Shown: positions 14,220 through 28,733 of the stretch, piece by piece
Layout: each line of letters opens with the position of its first letter
Position numbering within the stretch: the stretch's first letter is position 1
Assembly (NCBI RefSeq): GCF_006345805.1
Contig: NC_043015.1
Span: 5,146,001-5,210,000, forward strand
Direction: 5' to 3'
Length of the DNA: 64,000 nucleotides
Origin: Octopus sinensis
Lineage: Eukaryota
The notes under the pieces: generated by a model
Told to the model about the DNA's origin: nothing
What the model saw: the letters and a program-made list of their open reading frames with translations, nothing else
Databases searched by the model: none
Program-made: the position numbers and the translations under genes

Positions 14220-14636
14220 AAGGCGGCGAGATGGCAGAAAGGTTAGCACGCCGAGCGAAATGATTTGCGGTATTTCGTCTGGATATTTCGTCAAATTCCG
14301 CCGAGATCGACTTTGCCTTACATCCTTTCGGGGTCGATTAAATAAGTACCAGTTACGCACTGGGGTCGATATAATCGATTTAATCTGTTTGTCTGTCCTT
14401 GTTTGTCCCTTCTGTGTTTAGCCCCTTTTGGGTAGCAAAGAAATATTTATCTCCTCTGCCGCTACTTTCTGAGTTCAAATTCCGCCAAGGTCGACTTTGC
14501 CTTTCATCCTTTCCGGGTCAATAAATTAAGTACCAGTTACGCACTGGGGGGTCAATGTCATTGACTTGAACCGTTTGTCTGTTCTTGTTTGTCCTCTCTG
14601 GGTTTAGCCCCTTGTGGGTAGTAAAGAAATAGGTAT
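14220..14636 (+). mobile_element. SINE family D plus a tandem headless second unit
   Basis: Unit 1 is 14220-14445 (AAGGCGGCGAGATGGCAGAAAGG...AAAGAAAT). Unit 2 is about 14447-14636 and repeats GAGTTCAAATTCCGCC...GTAAAGAAATAGGTA. Confidence 0.88.
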
Positions 14637-14654
14637 TGATTTCCGGTGCTGTTC

Positions 14655-14886
14655 TTCATTGTGTCAGCGGTGGTGATGATGACGCCGACGACGACGAAGA
14701 CAGTGATGATGCGGATGAAGCTCATGATTATGATCGTGATCAGAATGTTGGTGTTGGTGTTGGTGGTAGTGGTGGTGGTGGTGGTGGTGGTGTTGAAAGC
14801 AGTCTTGATAATGATCATGATCATGATGAAGTTAATAATGATGACCAAGGTGACTGTTGTGCTCCTGCTGCTGATGTTGTGGTTGT

Positions 14887-14918
<32 letters not shown>

Positions 14919-14924
14919 ATGGAC

Positions 14925-14961
<37 letters not shown>

Positions 14962-15086
14962 CGATGATGACTATGACGATGATGATAATGATGATGATGA
15001 TGACGATGGTGATGATGATGATGATGATGATGATGACGATCCCGACGACGATGATAATGAGGATGATGATGACGATGATGCTGATG

Positions 15087-15118
<32 letters not shown>

Positions 15119-15222
15119 GACGATGACGATGACGATGATGATGATGATGATGATGATGAAGATGATGATGATAATGATGATGGCGATGATGATGATGATG
15201 ACGATAACGATGACGATGATGA

Positions 15223-15253
<31 letters not shown>

Positions 15254-15266
15254 CGATGACGATGAC

Positions 15267-15298
<32 letters not shown>

Positions 15299-15428
15299 CG
15301 ATGACGATGACGATGATGATGATGATGAAGATGATGATGATAATGATGATGGCGATGATGATGGCGATCATTACGATGAAGATGATGATGATGATGATGA
15401 TGATGACGAAGATGACGGCGACGATGAC

Positions 15429-15464
<36 letters not shown>

Positions 15465-15575
15465 AATGATGATGGCGATGATGATGGCGATCATTACGAT
15501 GAAGATGATGATGATGATGATGATGATGACGAAGATGACGGCGACGATGATGATGTTGATGATGATGATGATGAG
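14655..15575. repeat. ~0.9-kb degenerate (GAT)n tract with an internal 123-bp duplication
   Basis: GAT/GAC triplets throughout; the marker GGCGATCATTACGATGAAGAT occurs at 15363 and 15486. Confidence 0.95.
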
Positions 15576-16014
15576 GCCATCAATGCTGAAGCACTGGCTG
15601 CTGCTTGTTCTGCCGATGTCCCAGTTCTAATGAAAACATTCGCCATTTCCTACGTTCGTTCGCTTCTGCTATTTCGGGATGCTCTCAAGACTTCAGCTAT
15701 TTAACGTGGAATTCCCAAGTTAGTTGCTTTTTTTAGGAATTCAGGCGCCAAGAATATTTTACATCGTTCGTGTGTCTGACAAGTATATCAACGAAGATTT
15801 CCCCTCAACATGTTTTATTCCAAGCCGTTCTAGAATAACTACGGCGAATACTTCTTACTGCTCTTTTCAAAAGACGTCGATTTCACGTAGTCTAACACAT
15901 AATGAAATTGGAAAAACAAGAACAGCAAACAACAATAACAAGCAAAATATAATTATTAAAAAAGAAATAGAACACTACCAAACGCAAAGCCAAAGACTAA
16001 CTGGAAAAATAAAC

Positions 16015-17165
<1,151 letters not shown>

Positions 17166-18062
17166 GTTTATATATATATGTTGTGTGCTTGTGTGTGTGC
17201 GTATGTGTGCTTGTGTGTGTGCGTGTGTGTGTGTGTGCGTATGTGTGTGTATCATATGCGCACAGTCTTTCTCTGAATCACATATAAATTTATACACACT
17301 TTCACCCTCCTCTACGCGCACACATTTCTCACCTCTCACCGTACCCCCGCCCCACACGCACAGATATATGTGTTGTGTGTATTGATGCACGTATTTGAAA
17401 TTGTCTGTACGTAGTTGATATATATATAGTAGGTAAAATATTACAGAGACTAAGACAAAATAGGGAGAACGTGTGTTTACATCTGCGCGAACGATTGGTA
17501 TCAAACTTTGTATGCTTATCGTTTGAGGTTGACCGAAATAATTGTATGTATGAACACTGGTATGTGACCATTTGCGATGGAGAGAAAGGGTGTTACTGCA
17601 CGGCATTGCTTTCTACGTTTGAAAGGAGATTTGCTGACTTTCAATTATATCAATACATTAGATATGAGAGTTAACGTTACTGATATCATAAGACAGATAA
17701 GACTCGTATTTCTCTTTTCCTCCTAATTTGTATATGATTTTATGCATAAAATTCGCTATTCATTTCTATCTCTCTTCCATTTCACAAATACAGACAGAGA
17801 CACACAAATACAGACAGAGACATACGTATGTGTGTGCATGTGTGTGTCTGAATGTACATAGGTATATGTATATGTGTGCGTGTATGCATTATGTATGCAT
17901 GTATGTATGTATCAATCAATCAATGACTCAATCTATGTATGTATAAATGTATGAATATCTCTCTCTATCTATCTGTATATCTAACTATCTACCCATCTAT
18001 CACTCTATCTATCTATATATATATATATATATTTATATGCGTATATATATATATATATTATA

Positions 18063-18103
<41 letters not shown>

Positions 18104-18104
18104 C

Positions 18105-18136
<32 letters not shown>

Positions 18137-18268
18137 GTTTATCTATATATATATATCTATATATATATATATATATACATATTACATGTATATACATATA
18201 AATCCTTTAAAAAAATGCTTTAGCTCGAAGGCCGCGGCCATGCTGGGGCACCACCGCTGATATATTTA

Positions 18269-18682
18269 TACTCCTTTACTCTTTCACTCATTTGACTATG
18301 GCAATGCTGGAGCACCGACTTTAGTCGAGCAAATCGACTCCTAGGGCTTATTGTTTGTAAGCCTAGTTCTTATTCTACCGGACTCTTTTGCCGAACCAAT
18401 AAGTTAGGGGACGTAAACACACCGGCATCGGTTGACAAGTGATGTGGGGGGGGGGGGATTCAGAGACGCACGACAGATACACACACACATATACAAATAT
18501 AAATATATATATATAGATATACAACGGGCTTCTTTCAGTTTCCGTCTACCAAATTCACTCATGGCCCGAGGCTATAGTCGAAGACACTTGCTCTCGGTGC
18601 CCAAGCTGCCACGTAGTGCAACTGAACCCGGAACCATGTGATTGGTAAAGAAGCTACTTACCACACAGCTACTCTTACGCCT
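18269..18682 (-). mobile_element. SINE family A, diverged copy
   Basis: Colinear with 308-708 (GCTGGAGCACCG.CTTTAGTCGAGCAAATCGAC..., CTTCTTTCAGTTTCCGTCTACCAAAT, CTACTTACCACACA). Confidence 0.85.
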
Positions 18683-18696
18683 ATATATATATACAT

Positions 18697-18729
<33 letters not shown>

Positions 18730-18778
18730 ATATATATACATATATATATGTATATGTATATATATATATATTATATAT

Positions 18779-18832
<54 letters not shown>

Positions 18833-19574
18833 GTGTGTGTGTGTGTGTGTGTGCGTTTATTTACACGTAACATATAACAGAGAAATAATCAGCTAATGAG
18901 TTGGATACTGATGTAAATACACAGATGTCCTGCGAAGAGGTAAATTGCGATACACAGTATATATTTACTAAATGTCGTATACTAACAGTCTCTTCCTCAG
19001 ACGAAAAGTCATTGGAATCTCTCCCGTAGCGTTGTTATGAACTTCAAGAGATTAAATATCTTGCTTGCAGGAATAACGAACTATACATTCTTCCCAGTTT
19101 CCCGGGTGTTTATGTACAATATAGCTGCTGGGTTTTATTTAAGTCTGTTAATTCATTACCTTACTTAGAAGAGCACGAAGAAACATATTCTTTTTCACTA
19201 ACTTTTTATGATATATCTGTGATATATATGAGAACATCAGAGATGAAAATGACAGTACTCTATTGACAGATACTGATTGATTTAAGATATCCTGTCTGGA
19301 TATCAACAAAAGTTGCGTAGTTTTCGTCTTGAAGTGTGTTTGTTTATATGGCAGATTTTATGGCCGAAAGGGTTTAAGTTAGTTAAAATATGTCTTCCTT
19401 GATAACAGCTATAGCGCTACAAATTTGTGTTAGTTGTAACATGCCCAGTACAAAGATCAATGGGAACAGCCAGGCCCCTTTCGAGATGCTTCTCCTGATT
19501 TCGATTGCTCCTAAATTTCTTACATATGCTGTCAGTTCTGTCCTCGACTACGCCTTACTTTGTCCAAGAAGACG

Positions 19575-19683
19575 TTCACCATTATTATTGTTGTTGTTGT
19601 TATTTTTATTATTATTATTTTTATTATTATTATTTTTTTATTATTATTATTATTTTTATTATTATTATTATTTTATTTTATTA

Positions 19684-19748
<65 letters not shown>

Positions 19749-19765
19749 TATTATTATATTATTCA
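19575..19765. repeat. (TTA/TAA)n tract at the 3' side of the Dong-like element
   Basis: Direct inspection. Confidence 0.95.
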
Positions 19766-20807
19766 GTAGTTTTATTTTTATAACGTGCTTTCACTTCACT
19801 ACCGAGCGCAGCTCTGTGTGCCTTGGGTATGTGCTGTGATTTGTTGTGATGCTCTGATGGTTATTGTATGGAAAGTGTTCTGCGTAGGATGTGTGCAGTG
19901 CCTAGTAATGCAATTTTCTGTATGTTATATGTGTTTGTAAGTCCTGGTGTTTTTGTGTTATTATTTGTCTGAATATTTTTTTATCATGCCTAATGCACCT
20001 ACTATGATAGGAATTGTTTCTGTTTTCAGGTTCCACATTCTAGTTACCTCTATTTCCAGGTCTTTGTATTTTGAGAGTTTCTCCATTTCTTTTAGAGACA
20101 CGTTGTCATCTGCCGGTATTGATACATCAATTAGAAAGCATTTTTTTTCTTCATGATCTCTGACAACTATATCTGGTCTGTTGCCTTAATTTCTCTATCT
20201 GTGTGTATCGGCATATCCCAGAGTATGGTGCTTCTTTCTCGGTTTCTGTGACCTTTTCTGGTGTGTGCCTATACCATCTTTTTTCTTTGTTATTCCATAA
20301 TTGGCATAGCTTCCAATGTATGTAGGTTCCAACTCTGTCATGTCTGTGAATATATTCCTTCTTAGCCAGGACTGGGCAGCTAGAGATAATATGATTATTG
20401 TTTCTTGTCCATCTCCACATATTCTGCAGTTACTTGTAATATTTCTTTTCATTACATGTTTTTGGTAATTTCTGGTGGGGAGGCTTTGGTCTTGTGCTGC
20501 AATTAAAAATCCCTCTGTTTCTGCTTTGAGTCCTGAGCTTCTCTCACCATTGCTGGGATTTTTCTTTGTCTATTTCTTTTGCGTTTAGTTTAGTGTGCAG
20601 TATTTACCATGAAGGGGCTTTTCTTGCCATCGTTTTATCATGGCTCGTTGCTGTTCTATTTTTAGTTTGGATTTCATTGTTTTATAGCTTTTGTTGTTTC
20701 TTCATCATCTTCTTCTTTTTCTTTTTGTGTTTATTAGGTGGTATGATTTATTGTTTGTATTTGTCAGCTTCCTTAAATAATGAGAACAGTTTTTTTGTTT
20801 TGCTCGT
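19762..20807 (-). mobile_element. 5'-truncated, frameshifted Dong/R4-clade non-LTR retrotransposon (CCHC knuckle + restriction-like endonuclease + 3' UTR)
   Basis: Joined minus-strand translation: RWQEKPLHGKY...GLKAETEGFLIAAQDQSLPTRNYQKHVMKRNITSNCRICGDGQET.NHIISSCPVLAKKEYIHRHDRVG...RPDIVVRDHEEKKCFLIDVSIPADDNVSLKEMEKLSKYKDLEIEVTRMWNLKTETIPIIVGALG...KIALLGTAHILRRTLSIQ*, stop at 19861-19863. Confidence 0.9.
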
Positions 20808-20863
20808 TTATTATTATTAATTATTATTTTTATTATTATTATTAGTATTATTATTTTTATTAC

Positions 20864-20906
<43 letters not shown>

Positions 20907-21056
20907 ATTATTATTATTATTATTATCATCAATTATTATTATTATATTATTATTATTATGATTATTATTATTATATTATTATAATCATCATCATATATTA
21001 TTATTATTATTATTATATTATTATTATTATTATTATTATTATTATCATTATTATTA

Positions 21057-21102
<46 letters not shown>

Positions 21103-21103
21103 T
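20808..21103. repeat. (TTA/TAA)n tract at the 5' junction of the Dong-like element
   Basis: Direct inspection. Confidence 0.95.
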
Positions 21104-23642
21104 ATCCCACGTATATCGGTGCGGCTTGGTTCAGAGAATAAGTTCACTAGCAATCAAATGCACAAGAATTTGAGTTATTCGGTGTATAACAAAATATGTT
21201 CTTTCGTGTATATGAGAGTGAAGGATAATACATATTTATAAGCATAAAACTTTGGACATAGCCTAGATCAGTCGATAAGTAAAGACAAAGGTAGCTGGTA
21301 GTCAACGACCAAGAGAGATAAGCACGAACCCCCCTGCTTAAGGGTGATTCAAGAGGTAAACAGACGAAAGTTTATCTCCAAGCGATATCACTTTACGTAA
21401 ACCATTCATTTATGTTCTCATGAAGAATAGATAGATATTAAAACTTAGAAATTGATTTTGTCAGTGACAGCTTCACCCACTTTGTATTTTGGAAATGAGT
21501 TAATACAATACTTTGTAACGTTGGAGCGGTTTAAACTGTTGAAAATGGTACGAAATGCATGGATTATTCAAAATTTAAATTCCTGCTTCGAGAAAGGGAA
21601 ACGGGAATCACACTGTTTGAAGAGAATAAACGCAAGCTCAGGTACGATTTAATTTTGGTTAATGAAAAGGATACTTCAATTGCAGCTGATGATTCTGCTT
21701 TTAAATGGCAGGATGAACTGTCGTGCATGACTTGTATATGAGAGATTTGTTAAAAACTTAGGTCTTTGAAAGGGGCACTTTCCGAAGAGATTTACAATAC
21801 AATCAACTTTCAATCTTGAATGAATCCTTCACTGAAATAATTCCTTCTCTGTCTATTTTTATTGATTAAAATCTAACAGCGATCTACTCGTTATTTGCAA
21901 AGATGAGAACCTTGATTTTTTAAAAAAGATTTGTTTAAGCGAAGGATTTCTACAGGGACTGTTTGGATTTTATTGACTTACTTCGTAGTAGAACCCACTA
22001 ACTATACGACCACAGCCATACAGTTCACTAGCCACTAAATAACAAGATTAAATCATCTGCGCTCCATTATCCATGCTGTGTTATTTACATCTATTTCCCA
22101 TCAGAAGCCAGATTTATTCACTCTACTTTCATCCACACACGAACATGCACACATATAAATATACGTATAAACATTTGCTTACATACATAGATACATACAT
22201 ACATACGTATGTATGTATGTATGTATGTATGTATGTATGTATGTATGTATGTATGTATGTATGTATGTATGTATGGAAATGTTTATACGTATATTTATAT
22301 ATGTGCGCGTTCGTGTGTGTGAAAGTAGAGTGAATTTCTGATACACGATCTCATACAGTTGAATTTTCGTGAATTTCTGTTTGAATTAAAGATTATTTTC
22401 TATGTATATTCCAACCATTCCGTGCTCGTATGAACATTCTTTTTATCGATACTTCCTGTTGGTTCTACATTTATTTTTCGCCTATCAATAACTGAATATC
22501 CTGCTGCGACTGCAACTTGTTTTATGCAAAACAGTTTTAAACATAACAAAATATCATAGTTGTTATTGAATATTCTCCAATATAAGACCATTGAAATTTA
22601 CGATACAAAATAACATTTAGTATATTGTAAGTTGCCGTAGTTAATGTTGCCTATTCCCTCTCCAAAAAGACCACTGATCAATTGCATTCCAGCCATGACC
22701 AACCTGAAAGAACCTCCCGTATAGTACAACTTATTTTTAGATATTTTGAATATGTAACTATGACATTGGCAGGTATATCTCCCGGGCTACATATAAATTC
22801 TCCCTGTTATTGTTTCGAACCCTAAGGGCTCGAAAGACGCTCCAAACATGAACACTTATTATAAACTATATATTGGATTAATTTATCAAATATATTACCT
22901 CGGGTTTTTTTGTTATTTGATATTATATTATAGGAATGATATTTGGTTGTCTTTCCTTATGCTCATGCATCTGAGTGTAGTCCCTCTTGTTAATCGAATT
23001 AATTCACAGCTGAATCAATATTTTATGTCAAGAGGAAATATCTTATATATTTCATTTTACGTTCATATAAGTTTACAAGGAGTCGTCACAGGAAATGGAT
23101 ATGTAAATCTCGGAATTATTTTTCTTGGATGGGGATAGTCCATGCAATAACTCATGAGAACGTGGTATATAAGTGAATTATAAATGGGATTAACAGTATC
23201 CCTTTACTGTGGATCAAGCAACCAGCATCTTTACGCATAGACATAAATTTACTCAAGGTGAAATGTTATTTTTTCTACCACATCAGGAGAATATAATTAT
23301 GCCTTAAATTCCTTGAAAAGTCCTTACACTACACAATCACAGCTTCATCTGAATCTAACTAAGTAGAAAATAAATGGCCTGCAAGCAAGGTCCATGTGAG
23401 TCTTTCGACATTCTATTTACCGATATGGTACAAATCGTAAACAAACCCAAAAATCTGTAAACATTAAAGGAAATTACCTTTCCAGGAATTTTCTGAAAAT
23501 ACTCAACAATATAATTTTATTTAGATAGCAACACGCCCTCCACTCTAATACCGTATTACTAATCACCGCCTTTCGTTCTAATTCATTTCAAACTATTATT
23601 TTCTTCACTCGATGTCGTCATCATCATCATCATTATAATTAT

Positions 23643-24060
23643 AGGCAGCGATTTGGCAGAATTGTTTGCGAGCCGTAAAAAATGCTTAGCAGCACCTCGT
23701 CCGTCTTTCCACCAAAATTCCACCGAGGATGATATTACATTTCATTCTATTGTATCTATGAATTAAGCACCAATTCTGCACTGGAATCAATGTAATCGAT
23801 TAGCTTTGTCATGCAGACTATTCCACCTCGTAGAAAGGATTATTATTATTACATTTATTATTAATCTTATGAAGGTTTGCAACATTGTTGGCACGCAGAA
23901 CAAGATGCTTAGCGGTATTTCGCCCATTTTGACGTTCTGAATTGAAATTACGCCAAGATCGACTTTGTTTTTCATCCATTCGGTGTCAATAAAATAAGTA
24001 CCGATTGAACACAAGGGATGAAACAATTGACATGCCCCTTCTCCGAACTTTCTCTATTTG
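23643..24060 (+). mobile_element. Two highly diverged family-D-like SINE relics
   Basis: AGGCAGCGATTTGGCAGAATTG... (about 23643-23812) and ATGCTTAGCGGTATTTCGCCC...GACTTTGTTTTTCATCCATTCGGTGTCAATAAAATAAGTACC (about 23895-24060). Confidence 0.65.
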
Positions 24061-24108
24061 TGCTAGTCTTTTAAATGAATATTATATCCGCGAAACATTC
24101 CTCAAATA

Positions 24109-24177
<69 letters not shown>

Positions 24178-24344
24178 GCATATATGATAGAAATAGTTTT
24201 CAAAGTAAAAAGACTAAGCGTGGCATAAATAGTGGGAAAAAAGAAAGCAAAGAAGATGCATGTTAGATATAAAAAATAAATGCTTTTTTAAAGGAAAGCA
24301 ATGATATATATACATACAATTGGATGATAAGTATAAACATTATT

Positions 24345-25800
24345 ATTATGAGTCATTATAGAGATTTAAATTCATACCGGTATCGTCAGAGTTCATCACT
24401 GACTTTGAATGAACACCGATTTCCAAAGGGGAGGTAAGCAGTTCTGGAAACGATGCAATAAAGGTAGGTATAAATACAGGAATATGAATGGTTCATGGGA
24501 TGTATGGAGTTTAGCGGAATTATTGGTATTGGTAAGATTAGTAGTGTCTTGTATTAAGGTCCGTGTTCATGTTGAGTGTTGAATAATATGCATTAATGAA
24601 AGTTGCCTCTTTGCTGTACTGAGGAGTTCTCCGAACATTGATATAATGAGAAAATTAGGAAGTTTGGTTTAAGGTTCCTAGAACATCTTTCTATGTACTC
24701 ACTGACTTGTACCTGTCTATATTGCGGATTTGTTTTTTGTGAAGAGTTGTTTGTCGGTGTGACATTCCTGCTTAGCCTATATCGTGATTTCCGCACCCGA
24801 AGCAGGTAATATCATGGATTAAATTTTCAGAGGCACAAGTGAAATTTGATTTTATCTTAAATATTTCACCTTGTTTGAAGTGAAACTCCGTACCCTACAA
24901 AAGGCGAGGGCATGCGCCACAGTTAGACCGTCCTCATTTTTACACTATTGGTTCCGTTCTTAATGGATAAAGTCTTGCGCTGGTTAATATGACTTCGGTT
25001 GCATTATGATTTTAATTATTTGTGAACCTATAATTTTGTTCATTCTTTTATCTCCAGGGAGAATGAATAGATTTTGGATGATGATGTTGAATGCCTCATT
25101 GTTTCTAGAATTGTTTGGGGAGATGTATGGGAGTATTTTAAAATCTGGTGTAGTATTTCGGTTAACTTCCCTAAATGTTTGTATATCTATTTCCTTTGTT
25201 CGTTTTATCACACAATTTATTAATGATGTTGGGTAATATCTCCTGATTAGTGTTGATTTCAGTTCAAGGTGTCTTCGTTCACGAGTATTGGTATCCGATG
25301 GTACAGATTCTCTTCGCTAAATTATAAGGTATATTAATTTTTATGTGTTTGGGTTAGTATGAGTTGAATAACAGGTTTTGTTTTGCATCTGTAGGTTTAT
25401 GGAAAATGTCCGTCTCGAGGTGGTTATTGACTGTTTTAATTAGTATGTCAAGAAATTGAAGTAATTTATTGCTGTGTTCTATGGTGAATTGTATGCTGTT
25501 ATTGATATTGTTGAGCATTATTTTGAAATCGAGGAGTTTGTCCGTACTGTCGTTCCTATGTGTAAAGTAATCATCTACATAATCATCTCCTTTGAATAGC
25601 AAGGAAATGAGGTGCCATATTTTTGTAGTAATAATTGGTAGATTTTAAGTTGTAGACAACCAATTACAAGGTTCCCAACCACTGGGGACTCTCGAGTTTC
25701 CATTGCAATTCTACATTTTTGTTGATAGCAAGATATATCTAACATGAAATAGTTGTTCTGTAGCATAAATTTCAGCGCTGCAATTCTGAAGTTGTGGTTG
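24345..25800 (-). mobile_element. Decayed 5'-truncated Penelope/Poseidon-type PLE (RT C-half + GIY-YIG endonuclease + 3' pLTR)
   Basis: Minus-strand translation: LKFMLQNNYF...QQKCRIAMETRESPVVGNLVIG; YVDD...IQFTIEHS...FLDILI...TDIFHKPTD; then FKIKSNFTCASENLIHDITCFGCG (GIY-YIG N-terminal module). Multiple stops and frameshifts. Confidence 0.9.
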
Positions 25801-25904
25801 ACGGATCCTGTGATTCATTATGTGTTTTTTTTTTAATCCAGAAGGTGATTGCTTCGATACCAAAATCTTTTGGGATATTGATGTACAAGGTCACCTTATC
25901 GAAT

Positions 25905-26215
25905 GATACTAACTGTCATTAATAAATACCATTCCCAACTCAACATGAACACACAACTCAATACAGGACACTCCTAAATATTATCAATAGCAATAATTCC
26001 ACTAATATTCATACATCCCATACAACATTCATATTCCAGTATTTATAACTACCTTAATTGCATCGCTTCCAACACTGCTTACCTCCCTTGCCTGTATTCT
26101 TTTCATTTCGATATTATTAGACCCAAGACCGTTTGGAATTCGGTGTTCAAGGTCAGTGATCAGCTCTGACGATACCGGTAAGATTTTGAACCTCTATAGT
26201 GATTCATACCAATGA
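25905..26215 (+). mobile_element. Inverted copy of the PLE 3' end (pseudo-LTR)
   Basis: Reverse complement aligns to 24345-24600 (e.g. ACCGGTATCGTCAGAG.T.ATCACTGAC, GGGAGGTAAGCAGT, GTGTTCATGTTGAGT), with one ~45-nt indel. Confidence 0.85.
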
Positions 26216-26397
26216 TTTTATACTTCATACTTCCAACTCAGCTCATTTAATAGTCTTTATATATCTTTCCTTTTTTTAAATGGTTTTATTATTTTATATC
26301 TAAAATGTTTAATTTTCTTTTCATTTTACTTTTCTCATACATACATACATACATACATACACACATATATACATACATTCATACATACATACATACA

Positions 26398-26433
<36 letters not shown>

Positions 26434-26445
26434 TATATCGACGAA

Positions 26446-26575
26446 CGGGAAGGTGAAACTCCGAGTAACAGGTTTTGTTGAATTTCTGCTGCTTTTAAAT
26501 AAAGCATATTACTCTAACTCTGGATTTGAGTACTCTTCTTTTCAACCTTGTTTCACATTTATGTGTTTACTCCGG
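26446..26575 (+). mobile_element. Short PLE-pLTR-like element between microsatellites
   Basis: TCGACGAACGGGAAGGTGAAACTCCGAGTAACAGG resembles a decayed hammerhead core with a CGG(G)/CCG stem. Flanked by (ATAC)n/(TA)n. Confidence 0.4.
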
Positions 26576-26778
<203 letters not shown>

Positions 26779-26901
26779 AGCAATGTATTCAGACACCATT
26801 GGAGGACTTATATAGAACAGCTACCGGGAGATTCCGTCCATGTATCGATATGCTTTTACCTTTTTCATATCATATTTTAATAATTTAGTTAATATATTAT
26901 A

Positions 26902-27297
26902 TCTTTATATATAAAAGAGAGGTTGTGTGTCTGTCTCCTACGATTTAGATTCCTAACAACTCCCACATTTTGCGGTGCAGTTTAACCAAAACTGGGTATC
27001 TTATAGTCATGATTCATATCGAGCCCTTCTGGGTATTGGCGCGTGTCTACGATAAGTCTACGATTTTAAAAAAAATTACCATCATTGTTTCCATTTTAAT
27101 GCATTTTTCCGCTATTATATAAGGGAAGTAACTCTCTAAAAATGTCTACGATGAGTCAACGATTTAAAAAAAATTTACTATCATTTGTTTTCCATTTTTA
27201 ATGCATTTTTTGTTGCTATTTTTGGCTATAACTCTCTAAAAATGCTTATATAGTTATATCCCTTACAAACCCGAGCAACACCGGGCGATACTGCTAG
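26902..27297 (+). mobile_element. Non-autonomous Helitron (5' type 2, 3' type 1)
   Basis: A|TC 5' end, 3' hairpin CCCG-AGCAACAC-CGGG, CTAG|T end, no TSD. Internal ~90-bp tandem duplication (GTCTACGAT...TAACTCTCTAAAAATG twice). Confidence 0.8.
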
Positions 27298-27674
27298 TTA
27301 TATTATGATATCATACTCTAATTGCATGAAATACCACTGCCTATCCGATATTCCTAGGTTATAATTTGCATACGCTCATATAGCAAATAATCTGTCACTT
27401 CCCATCTTACTCCCTATTCATGTTAATTACAATCTCTATTTTTTTCTTCAAAACCTTTAATTCCCTACAAATAACATGCTCTATATATTAGAGATCTGTA
27501 TAAATCAAATGTTTATATATCAAAGCTGGAGCTGGATACAGCACAGAAGTAAGTGTAAGAGACTTCAATTTAAGAAGGAATTTAATAAAAATGATTATAA
27601 AAATTATATAAAGAAAATATTATCGGTTTCAATGAATCTCATCTTATAAAATATCAGTAAACATTTATAAACAA

Positions 27675-28202
27675 CTAGCAGCATAGCCCGGCGTTGCCCG
27701 GGTATGTAAGAGCCCTTAGTAGGCAACGACTAATCCCAATCTAGTCCTTTCCCTCTAATTTCCTGCCAATTTGTGAAAGGTATTGTCGAAAATATGTCAT
27801 CTTGAATTTGAACGCGATTTCCCAAAATGGCATGATTTTATCGATTTTTTCTGATGGTAAGGTATTGCATGGAAAACTAACGTCAGAATTAAGTTTTTTA
27901 GGGTAACATTAAGCTTCACCATGAGTTTGGTGAAGATCGATTGCAAGTTGCAAAAACTACAACAGAAAATGTGTTGCATATAAAAAGCTTAGATTCTCTA
28001 CCCCATGTCGAATTCATCTATTTTGTTCGGAACTGGAGGAACTTTTTAAACTTTTCGCTGCGTTAGATTTGAATTATGACATTGGGCTATGTGTGTGTCA
28101 CGTTTCATCAGAATCGGTTGAAAGCTGTGGTCAGGGTGAGGGTACAACCTGACAGACACACAGACACACAGACAGACAAACTGCCGTTTATATAGAGAGA
28201 GA
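27675..28202 (-). mobile_element. Non-autonomous Helitron (5' type 1, 3' type 2)
   Basis: Minus strand: A|TCTCTCTCTATATAAACGGCAGTTTGTCTGTC ... CCCGGGCAACGCCGGGCTATGCTGCTAG|T. Confidence 0.8.
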
Positions 28203-28589
28203 TTGCAGTAAAAACAGTTTATCTTCTCTCTGGGGGTGAAGATCATGTCTGGAGATTTTTGTTTAGTTTTTTTTTTAAATATAGTTTGATATAGAGTTGA
28301 AAGTGTTAGAGAATGAGACAAATAAATCTTTGTATTCCTGCCAAAGGAGTGGCTAAAAAGCATTTATTGAATAGGCTTAAGTCTCTCCATGTTTGTGTGT
28401 ATGTGTCCGTGTGCGTATGTATTGTGGTGACAAGCAGCAGGTTGGGTGTGTATGATGTGATGGATGTCTTATTGAAGAAAGAATTAAGAGTTTCGTTTGG
28501 GTTACATGTATTGTTTTGATTGTCTCCACCTGTATGTATGTGTGTGTTTATAGGTGTGCGTGTGTGTGTCTGTGTGTGTGAGTGTATGT

Positions 28590-28733
28590 GTGATTGTGCT
28601 TGTGCGTTGTTTTTTGTGAGGTAGCGAAAGCTCGAACCGTTAAAGAATTTTTCACTTCCCGAGCGTTAAGTTAATACATCTGCTTCTTGTTTACACCACC
28701 TGTCTTCGTCTTTTGTTTTTCCTCTGACTTCCC

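Noticed and set aside
21680-21730. CTGATGA followed by a TTCTGC/GCAGGA stem as a hammerhead
   Set aside because: GAAA is missing (GAAC with an extra base), position 17 would be G, and stem I does not form.
22813-22845. TTCGAACCC/GGGCTCGAA hairpin with GAAAC on the minus strand
   Set aside because: Could be an HHR stem II remnant, but no CUGANGA-like core remains, so it was not counted.
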